Shown piece after piece: positions 9,055-16,862 of a stretch of 64,000 nucleotides of DNA. This DNA comes from Actinomycetes bacterium (GTDB lineage: Bacteria > Actinomycetota > Acidimicrobiia > Spongiisociales > JAHEDJ01). Below the pieces are notes generated by a model. The model was not told the origin of the DNA, did no database searches, and was given only the letters and a program-made list of their open reading frames with translations. The position numbers and the translations under genes were made by a program. The stretch covers positions 167,136 through 231,135 of the forward strand of contig JAHEDK010000002.1 of the NCBI GenBank assembly GCA_024641245.1, read 5' to 3'. How positions within the stretch are numbered: the stretch's first letter is position 1; each line of letters starts with the position of its first letter.

Positions 9055-10461
9055 ATGAAACTTCGTCTCCACAGTCCCCGCGAGCTCGCCACCAGGCTCA
9101 GATTGACCGCGCGCCGCAACCCCGAAGAGGTAGAGGAATACCTCGATACCCACCATGAGGAATGGGAAGCGCTGGCGGAGGCGGACCCGCACGATGCCGC
9201 CGACATCCTCGAGGAACTAGGCGAACAAGCGGCCACCGACCTCATCGCCGATCTCGATCCGGACGACGCCGCCGACGTCCTCGAGGAAATGCGGGACGAC
9301 CTAGCTGCCGACATCCTCGAGGAGATGGACCCGGAGGATGCAGCTGATGTCCTCGAGGAGATGCCCGCCGACGAGGCAGTCGACATCATTCATCGCCTCG
9401 ATCCGGAAGCGCGGATGGAGCTCATCGCCAAGCTCGAGCCGTACTTCACCGACGAAGTCAGACAGTTGCTCGAGTACCCGACGGACACCGTCGGGGGCCA
9501 TATGACTTCATCGTTCGCCTCGCTGCCGCTCGGCATGACCGCAGGTGAGGCGATCGAGCGCATCCGGCAGCTGAACGAAGAGCTCGAAGATCTCTCCTAC
9601 GTCTACATCGTCGATGACGACCGCAAGCTCGTTGGTGTCTTGTCGTTCCGGGAACTGGTGTTCAATCGGCCGGGTGCCGGCCTCGCCGACGTGATGATCC
9701 CGAATCCCATTGGCGTCACTCCCCTCACCGATCGCGAAGAGGCCGCAGAGCTGGCCCAGCGCTACCACCTCTTCAGCCTCCCCGTCGTCGACGACAGTGG
9801 ACGGCTGATCGGCCGGCTCCCCAATGAGGAAATCATGGAGGCGATCCAACTGGAGGCCTCCGAGGACTTCGCGCTGGCGACCGGTGCCGGTGCCCACGAG
9901 ACGGTCTTCACGCCCGTGTTGGGCTCGGTCCGGATGCGGCTCCCCTGGCTCAGTCTCAACCTACTCTTCGCCCTGGTGGTCACATTCGTGATCGAACACC
10001 AAACAGGGATCATCAGTGAGGAGCCCATCCTGGCGGCGTTGATGCCCGTGATCGCCGGGCTCGGCGGCAACAGTGGGTTCCAGAGCCTGGCCGTGGTGAT
10101 CAGGGCCCTCGCCACCGATGACGTCCCGGGTGCTCAGATCTTTTCGGTGATGGGTAGACAACTCGCCATTGGTGTCCTGAACGGAGTGAACCTGGCGGTA
10201 ATCGCCGGGGCCCTCGCCATGTTCCTGATCAACACCGGCGTCTTCAACTCCAACTCGTCGCCCATCACGATGGGGCTTGCGGTGGGCATCGCCGCCTTCG
10301 GAAACGTGACTGTTGCCGGCTTCGCAGGGTCCGGCATACCACTTCTGCTGAGGAAACTTGGACTCGATCCTGCCCAGGCCTCGAGCATCTTCCTGACGTT
10401 GATCACCGACGTCGTCGGCTTCGGTGGGTTCCTGGCCATATCGGCCGCGATCTTGAGCTGA
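9055..10461 (+). CDS. mgtE: Magnesium transporter MgtE
   Basis: Acidic N-domain (DAADILEE repeats), tandem CBS domains, and a C-terminal MgtE membrane domain (GNSGFQSLAVVIRALA...). Confidence 0.9.
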   Translation: MKLRLHSPRELATRLRLTARRNPEEVEEYLDTHHEEWEALAEADPHDAADILEELGEQAATDLIADLDPDDAADVLEEMRDDLAADILEEMDPEDAADVLEEMPADEAVDIIHRLDPEARMELIAKLEPYFTDEVRQLLEYPTDTVGGHMTSSFASLPLGMTAGEAIERIRQLNEELEDLSYVYIVDDDRKLVGVLSFRELVFNRPGAGLADVMIPNPIGVTPLTDREEAAELAQRYHLFSLPVVDDSGRLIGRLPNEEIMEAIQLEASEDFALATGAGAHETVFTPVLGSVRMRLPWLSLNLLFALVVTFVIEHQTGIISEEPILAALMPVIAGLGGNSGFQSLAVVIRALATDDVPGAQIFSVMGRQLAIGVLNGVNLAVIAGALAMFLINTGVFNSNSSPITMGLAVGIAAFGNVTVAGFAGSGIPLLLRKLGLDPAQASSIFLTLITDVVGFGGFLAISAAILS

Positions 10462-10602
10462 ACGCGGAAATCCGGGTCTCGGGGACCCGTTCATAGTTCT
10501 GGTTACAGAACCCGAGTTGATTGCTTCGACGTGAAGAGGTGTTTTCAGCGTGCCGGCACTCGCAAGCCTGAGCCGTTGCCCTCCGAATCGGCGTTATCCC
10601 TT

Positions 10603-12186
10603 CTAGCCCGTACGGCCCGGGAATTCCACAATGTCGGCGGTTCGGCTCATCAATCGATCGACCTCGATCATGGCTCGCACGACATTGGCATCGAACCGGC
10701 TGCCGGCGTGGGCACGCAACTCGGCAAATGCCTGCTCCGGCACCATCCGCGGCCGGTGTGGGCGGTCGGAGGTCATCGCGTCGTACGCGTCCGCCACCAA
10801 AACGATTCTGGCGAACAGCGGAATGTCCGCTTCCTTCAACCGGCGTGGATACCCCTCGCCGTCAAGTTGTTCGTGATGACATAACACGGCATTGGCAACG
10901 TCTTCGTGCACAGCTTCGGCTATCAAATCGAACCCGCTGGCCGCATGCGCGCGGATAGCCGCCCAATCCTCATCATTGAGTGATTCGGTCTTGAGTAACA
11001 CCGAATCGGGAACGGCTAGCATCCCGACATCGTGAAGTAGCCCCGTCAATCTGAGCCGTTCGAGCTCGAAAACCTTCAGTTCCAGAACCGTTCCAATCTG
11101 TGTCGACAGCTCCGCAACCCGCACCGAGTGATCGGCCAGCCACGGCGCCCGCATGCGCAAGGCGGCGAGCAACGTTCCAACAACGGGCGTCATCGAGGTG
11201 AGCGACCGGCCCGAGCCGGCAAACGCCGGGGCGCCACCACTCAGCTTCGTGCAATTCTTGCCCGCCCGCTTGGCCGAGTACAGCGCCCGGTCGGCGGCTT
11301 CGACGATGTCCTTGGCCGACTGTGCATCATGTGGGAAGACCGAAACACCGAGGCTGACCGTCACCTGCCCGACACCAGACATGGGCTGGTCGGCAACTGC
11401 CAGACGGATACGCTCTGCCGCCTGGATCGCCCCTTCGGCATCCGTTTCCGGCATGATGATCCCGAATTCTTCACCTCCAACACGGCAGGCGATGTCGACC
11501 TCCCGGATCTGCCTCCGAAACGCTTCACCCATTCCCCGCAGCACAGCATCGCCGGTGCTGTGACCGTAGTTGTCGTTGACCGCCTTGAAATCATCGATGT
11601 CTGCCATGACTACGGCCAGCGGACGGTCGTAGCGACGGGCGCGCTCGAGTTCCTCACTCAGTCGATCAAAGAAGTATCCATGATTCTTGAGGCCGGTTAG
11701 CCAATCGGTGACTGAGAGCGCCTGCAACTGCGTTACCGATTGTTCGAGTTCCTCGTTCCGCTCCCGCTCACGCTCATAGAGCCGGCTGATCTCCTCGAGC
11801 ACCGGTCTACTGGCCTCGGCCGAGAGAAGGCCGGAACCACTGGAAACAGCCCGGATCGCGCCGATCAGATCTGCAGGCTTGCCTTTCACGACATAGGCGG
11901 CAGTGCCGGTGGATACCATTTCGCCGAGATGGGCTACATCACCGAACGAGGCGATCGCGACAATCTCGAGGCGTTGAGCTGAGAGGTCGCGCAACCGCCT
12001 GGCTGCCGTAACAGCCCCCATACCGGGGAGCGCGACGTCGATGACGGCCACCGTCGGGGACATGACGCGAGCGCGCTGGATGGCTTCCTCACCGGTGGAG
12101 GCTTCCCCAACGACTTCGAAACCGGCTCCTGCCAGCACACTTGCCGTGGCGGCACGAGCAGTTGCATCGTCGTCGACGAGCATCAC
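10603..12186 (-). CDS. Response regulator with receiver, GGDEF (diguanylate cyclase) and HD-GYP (c-di-GMP phosphodiesterase) domains
   Basis: REC N-terminus (MMLVDDD...), GGDEF motif (VGGEEFGIIMP), HD-GYP motifs (LLHDVGM ... HHEQLDGEGYP). Confidence 0.85.
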   Translation of the reverse strand: MMLVDDDATARAATASVLAGAGFEVVGEASTGEEAIQRARVMSPTVAVIDVALPGMGAVTAARRLRDLSAQRLEIVAIASFGDVAHLGEMVSTGTAAYVVKGKPADLIGAIRAVSSGSGLLSAEASRPVLEEISRLYERERERNEELEQSVTQLQALSVTDWLTGLKNHGYFFDRLSEELERARRYDRPLAVVMADIDDFKAVNDNYGHSTGDAVLRGMGEAFRRQIREVDIACRVGGEEFGIIMPETDAEGAIQAAERIRLAVADQPMSGVGQVTVSLGVSVFPHDAQSAKDIVEAADRALYSAKRAGKNCTKLSGGAPAFAGSGRSLTSMTPVVGTLLAALRMRAPWLADHSVRVAELSTQIGTVLELKVFELERLRLTGLLHDVGMLAVPDSVLLKTESLNDEDWAAIRAHAASGFDLIAEAVHEDVANAVLCHHEQLDGEGYPRRLKEADIPLFARIVLVADAYDAMTSDRPHRPRMVPEQAFAELRAHAGSRFDANVVRAMIEVDRLMSRTADIVEFPGRTG

Positions 12187-12264
12187 TCGAATGTCCAGTG
12201 CAGTCCTCCGCGTCGATAGCTTCTGTGTTCCTATCGGCGCGAAACCGGCGATCGTTGAGGAACT

Positions 12265-12801
12265 CTATGAACCGATCTCGTAGCCTGGCACATCCTGGAA
12301 TGGGCCTTCGAAAGAGACCGACGTCCCGTCGACGAGCTTCAGCAGATAGTGGGCCTCGAGATCGGCCTTCTGGTCGTCGGTGAGATCGGCCGGGTCGGCG
12401 AGTACTAGTTCGAGCACCGAAGCGTCGTCGATCACGTGTGCCTCGGCGACGGGGCCGAACGTGTCAACGACATCGAGGATGAGCTGTTCTAGGTCGTGGT
12501 CCGTCACACCACTGCTGACGTCATCCAGGACGATCACGAGAAGATCACCGTTGTCACCGGGACTCCGATGGACGATCTCGTAAGTCGGCAGCGCGGCGAC
12601 CTCGAGCGTAGTAGTGGTCGAGTCACCTTCGTCTCCCTGTGTGTCGACTCCGTCCGCGTCGCCGGAGGTGTCGCCGCTCAGGATGCTCGTAGACGTCGCA
12701 GACGCCTCATCCGTGAGGGTCGTCGTGCTCTCGTCGTCTCCGCTGCACGCGGCTGCTGCCAGGAGAGCGATCAGAAATGGGATCAGAATTCGTATGCGCA
12801 T
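12265..12801 (-). CDS. Hypothetical lipoprotein, acidic and Thr/Asp-rich
   Basis: Signal peptide with lipobox LAAAAC|SG. Start set at MRIRILIPF. Confidence 0.5.
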   Translation of the reverse strand: MRIRILIPFLIALLAAAACSGDDESTTTLTDEASATSTSILSGDTSGDADGVDTQGDEGDSTTTTLEVAALPTYEIVHRSPGDNGDLLVIVLDDVSSGVTDHDLEQLILDVVDTFGPVAEAHVIDDASVLELVLADPADLTDDQKADLEAHYLLKLVDGTSVSFEGPFQDVPGYEIGS

Positions 12802-12873
12802 GACCCTCCAACGTACACGACCATCGCCAAAGTTCCCTATCAACCTGCGTGCGGGAGGGGTAGGATCTGACAG

Positions 12874-14187
12874 GTGAGGCGGATTTGCTGGGAATTCGTG
12901 CTGGTTTTACTCGTGTTTGTTGCGTCGACGGGTCCTGTTGTCGCGCAAGAAACGACAGATCTGCCGACCTGCGCCCCGATCACGCTTGAGGACCTGTTTC
13001 CCGAGTTGTATGCACCGGAGGAACCGGCGGCGGATGACTCGGCTGCCGAAGCCCCGGTGGCGGCGGAAGAACCGCCCGCTGATGCACCGCCGGTAGAGGA
13101 GCCACCCGCGGATATACCGCCGGCAGGCGAGCCTCCTGCCGAAGCTCCACCCCCCGTCGAGGAACCGGCTGAACCCGCCTGCACGCCATTCGTCTACAAC
13201 CTCGACTACCCGGTGGCCGGCAAGTCGGTGGCGGTGTCCTCGTTCGGCGCAGATCGCTCCGACCACCAGCACGCCGGCAACGATATCGCGGCGGCGTCTC
13301 TCACCCCGGTAGTGGCTGCGGCAAGCGGACGGGTTTCCTGGGTCGCTCCGGAGTGCTGCGCGCTGGCCATCCGCCATGACGACGGCTGGACGACCTGGTA
13401 CATCCACCTCAACAACGATACGTTCGGCACAGATGACGGCCTCGGGTGGGGGATCGCGCCGGGGCTGGCGGTGGACACACCGGTTGTGGCCGGACAAATC
13501 ATCGGCTGGGTCGGCGATTCCGGCAATGCCGAAGACTCGCAGCCGCATCTCCATTTCGAGTTGCGGGATCCGTCGGGAACTGCAGTCGACCCGGCGTCCA
13601 GCCTCTCGGCAGGCCGGCAGCGAACGGAGACCCAGGACTTCCGGGGACCATTCGCCGACGACGATGGAAGCCCGTTCGCAGAGGCGATCTCGACACTGAC
13701 ATCGGTGGGGCTTCTAGCGGGATGTGGCGACGATCCGGCCGCCTTCTGCCCCGATACACCGATGACCGGCCTCGAGATTGCCACTCTGGTAGAGCGCATC
13801 ACCGACCTCGACATCACCAACGTACGCCTGGCGAGAAGTCCGGAAGGTCCCTGGCAAGACAGGATGAGGGCGCGAACCGGTTTCGTCCGGCCACCCCGCG
13901 CGTTGTCATCGTGCGCCCTCAGGGCGTTCTGCACCGACGCTCTCATCACCTTTGAAGATCTGAGAGAGCTTGCGGCCCTCCTACAGGAAATGACCTCAAC
14001 CGACCTCGACACGCTCATGACCGTCGAGGATCTGGCGGGTTCGCTGTTGGAGCAGAGCGATGGCAGCACACCGCTCGCCTACTGCAACGCCTCTCTCACC
14101 CGCTACGTTACGAATGGAGAAATGGCAGAGATGATCGCCAGGGCGCTGGGACTGGTCGGCCCACCGCCGTGTGATCAGATCGAGTGA
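12874..14187 (+). CDS. Secreted M23 family metallopeptidase with Pro/Glu/Ala-rich linker and C-terminal SLH-like repeats
   Basis: Signal peptide; HQHAGNDI ... HLHFELR M23 zinc motifs. The C-terminal segments (FADDDGSPFAEAISTL..., YVTNGEMAEMIARAL) resemble S-layer-homology motifs. Confidence 0.65.
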   Translation: MRRICWEFVLVLLVFVASTGPVVAQETTDLPTCAPITLEDLFPELYAPEEPAADDSAAEAPVAAEEPPADAPPVEEPPADIPPAGEPPAEAPPPVEEPAEPACTPFVYNLDYPVAGKSVAVSSFGADRSDHQHAGNDIAAASLTPVVAAASGRVSWVAPECCALAIRHDDGWTTWYIHLNNDTFGTDDGLGWGIAPGLAVDTPVVAGQIIGWVGDSGNAEDSQPHLHFELRDPSGTAVDPASSLSAGRQRTETQDFRGPFADDDGSPFAEAISTLTSVGLLAGCGDDPAAFCPDTPMTGLEIATLVERITDLDITNVRLARSPEGPWQDRMRARTGFVRPPRALSSCALRAFCTDALITFEDLRELAALLQEMTSTDLDTLMTVEDLAGSLLEQSDGSTPLAYCNASLTRYVTNGEMAEMIARALGLVGPPPCDQIE

Positions 14188-15008
14188 GCAGCTGCCAGAA
14201 CGCGCTCCCTGAACGCTGCTCCCAATGCAGGCGTCACCGATCCGCCGGCGAACCTACGCTCCCCCACCCGGCTGACCGGCATCACCTCTTTCACGGTCGA
14301 CAGGACGAAGAACTCTTGCGCACGCTCGAGTCGTACGATCGGGAACCGGCCCTCCCGCACTTCGATACCGAGATCGGCAGCCACCTCCATGGTCACCGTT
14401 CGAGTGATCGAGCTGAGAATGCCGAGATCGAGTGAAGGGGTCTCAACCACTCCGTCGACGACCCAGCCGACCGAATTCGTCGGACCCTCGAGCATGATCC
14501 CTTCCCGACTGATCAGCAATGCGTCGTCGAATCCTGCGGATTTCGCCATGCGCACGGACGCCATGTTTGGTCCGTATGACAGGCCCTTCACTCCTGCCAG
14601 CTCCCATGGAAACCCACCAGAGTGCCATGGGGCTGATATCTCAATCAGCGCCATGGACGGCGGAAGGATCGGCAGTTCCTCCCAAAAGACGATCAGCCTC
14701 GGTGGGGCGTCGATGTGGGCATCGGTACCGCCCCTGGTGGCGATCACGCGCACCACACAGTCCCCACCGTCGGCGGCGGCAGTCGCTACCCAATCGGTGA
14801 TCAAGCTTCGATCCGGCAGCATCGCCTCCATACCGAGAACAGCCGCGCTGTTCATGAGCCGATCGAGGTGAGCGTCGACGGCGAAGGCGACACCATCGTA
14901 TGACCGGAGAGCCTCAAAGCAGCCATCACCTCGTACGACTCCCCAGTCGAACACGGAGATGGAGGCAGTAACGGGGTCGACCTCTTTGCCATCGATCAGG
15001 ACTCGCAT
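14175..15008 (-). CDS. Aminotransferase class IV (branched-chain / D-amino-acid aminotransferase or aminodeoxychorismate lyase family)
   Basis: Fold-type IV PLP pattern (FDWGVVRGDGCFE ... LSTVKEVMPVSRV). Start set at MRVLIDGKEV. Confidence 0.75.
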   Translation of the reverse strand: MRVLIDGKEVDPVTASISVFDWGVVRGDGCFEALRSYDGVAFAVDAHLDRLMNSAAVLGMEAMLPDRSLITDWVATAAADGGDCVVRVIATRGGTDAHIDAPPRLIVFWEELPILPPSMALIEISAPWHSGGFPWELAGVKGLSYGPNMASVRMAKSAGFDDALLISREGIMLEGPTNSVGWVVDGVVETPSLDLGILSSITRTVTMEVAADLGIEVREGRFPIVRLERAQEFFVLSTVKEVMPVSRVGERRFAGGSVTPALGAAFRERVLAAAHSI

Positions 15009-15111
15009 GCGTGAGAGGCTAGCGCTGGTGGGGAAGAGGCAGAAGGCCATCAGCCCCACGGAGGTGGCGGAGGAACTCGGTACTGCGGCGATCTCCGTGT
15101 GTTCGGAATCA

Positions 15112-16821
15112 CTAGCGGCCCTGATACCCGTTCGTGATCGGGAGCCTGCGGTCCTTTCCGAACGCTTTCGTCGTGATCTTCACGCCCGGGGCAGCCTGCC
15201 GCCGTTTGTACTCGTTCTGGTCGACCAAGCGCGCCACGCGGGCAACGACGTCCGGGGCGAAGCCACGAGCAACTACACCGGCTACCGACAGGTCATCCTC
15301 GACGTATGCTCTCAGAATCCCATCGAGCTCGTCGTAATCGGGAAGGCTGTCGCTATCCAGTTGGTCGGGACGCAACTCAGCCGACGGAGGTTTCTCGATG
15401 ATGGAAGGAGGGATCACCTCGCGCTCAGTGTTACGCCATAAGGCCAGGCGGTAGACAAGGGTCTTGAGGACGTCTTTCAGGACCGCGTATCCGCCTGCCA
15501 TGTCCCCGTAGAGAGTGGCATAGCCGACCGCCATCTCAGACTTGTTTCCGGTCGCCACGACCATCCCTCCGAATTTGTTGGAGACCGCCATGAGGATGGC
15601 GCCCCGGATCCGGGCCTGCAGGTTTTCCTCGGCCACTCCAAACGGCTCTCCTGCAAACACGGGCATCAGCGTGCGGAGATAGGCCTCGAACACGTCGTCC
15701 ATCGGCACGACCTCAAAGCGAATCCCCAATCGTTCGGCGAGGTCACGTGAGTCGGTAACCGAACCATCGGAACTGAAGCGAGAAGGCATTGAGATCCCCA
15801 GCACATGCTCTGGCCCCAGGGCATCGGCGGCGATGACTGCAGTCAGTGCGGAATCGATGCCCCCGGAGAGCCCGATTACTACATGGTGGAAGCCGTTCTT
15901 GCGTACATAATCACGCAGTCCAACCACAAGCGCCCCGTAGACCTCCGCCTCGGGTGGTTCGAGTAGCGGGACCGGCGCAACCGGTTCGAGTGGGCGACGT
16001 TCGGCCCGGTCGGATGAGATCGAGTCGATGACGCGATTCGATCGCCTGTCGGAGATCGGCACGTCAACGACAAAGAAGTGCTCGACGAACTGGGGTGCCC
16101 TGTAGAGAAGAGTCCCGTCGGCTGTCAGCACGAGACTGGCACCATCGAAGACCAACTCGTCCTGCCCCCCGACCTGATTGACGTATACCAGAGGAACGCC
16201 TGCCTCGAGGGCGCGCTGCCGCAACATCTCTTCGCGCTCGGTGGCCTTGCCGTAATGGAACGGCGAGGCGTTGATGTTCAGCAAAACCTGTGCCCCACCG
16301 GCTGCTTGTTGCGCTGGAGGCCCGTCGGCAACCCAGATGTCCTCGCAGACGGAGACGCCCGCGGCAACTCCGTCCAATCCCCACAGGGCAGCTTCGTTGC
16401 CGCCGCGGATGAAGTAGCGGGTCTCGTCGAATACGCCGTAATCGGGCAGCAGGACCTTGTGATACACCCCCCGCACCGCGCCGTCGTACAGAAGTCCTGC
16501 TGCATTGGCCAGCGTTCGCTCCATTGCATCGCCGGTGGGAACGCGTCCGCCCCCTGCCCTATCGACGAATCCGACCACCGTCACTGCTCGGCGGGAAGCC
16601 GAAGCCAGACGGTGGAGCACCTCGAGGTTGGCGTCGATGAACCCCTGCCGCAGCAACAGGTCCTCGGGCGGGTAGCCGGTGATGGCCAGCTCAGGCAGGA
16701 CCAGCACATCTGCCTGCTGTTCCTCGGCCCTGGACATTGCTTCGAGGATCTTCACTTCATTGCCCGGGAGGTCGCCGACAACCAGATCGAGTTGCGCACC
16801 CGCTACGCGAAGGTTTTGCAT
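15112..16821 (-). CDS. nadE: Glutamine-dependent NAD+ synthetase
   Basis: N-terminal carbon-nitrogen hydrolase domain (LVLPELAITGYPPED) and NAD synthetase PP-loop (GLSGGIDSALTAVIAADALG). Confidence 0.9.
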   Translation of the reverse strand: MQNLRVAGAQLDLVVGDLPGNEVKILEAMSRAEEQQADVLVLPELAITGYPPEDLLLRQGFIDANLEVLHRLASASRRAVTVVGFVDRAGGGRVPTGDAMERTLANAAGLLYDGAVRGVYHKVLLPDYGVFDETRYFIRGGNEAALWGLDGVAAGVSVCEDIWVADGPPAQQAAGGAQVLLNINASPFHYGKATEREEMLRQRALEAGVPLVYVNQVGGQDELVFDGASLVLTADGTLLYRAPQFVEHFFVVDVPISDRRSNRVIDSISSDRAERRPLEPVAPVPLLEPPEAEVYGALVVGLRDYVRKNGFHHVVIGLSGGIDSALTAVIAADALGPEHVLGISMPSRFSSDGSVTDSRDLAERLGIRFEVVPMDDVFEAYLRTLMPVFAGEPFGVAEENLQARIRGAILMAVSNKFGGMVVATGNKSEMAVGYATLYGDMAGGYAVLKDVLKTLVYRLALWRNTEREVIPPSIIEKPPSAELRPDQLDSDSLPDYDELDGILRAYVEDDLSVAGVVARGFAPDVVARVARLVDQNEYKRRQAAPGVKITTKAFGKDRRLPITNGYQGR

Positions 16822-16862
16822 AGGCGTAGCTTAGGAACGCGTCAACCAACGCAAGGGCGGGA

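Noticed and set aside
8931-9055. Possible M-box (Mg2+) riboswitch upstream of mgtE
   Set aside because: The gap is only about 120 nt and lacks the conserved M-box core, so I could not support it from sequence.
10531-10884. 117-aa plus-strand ORF downstream of mgtE
   Set aside because: It lies almost entirely inside the 3' end of the well-supported minus-strand GGDEF/HD-GYP regulator gene; likely spurious.
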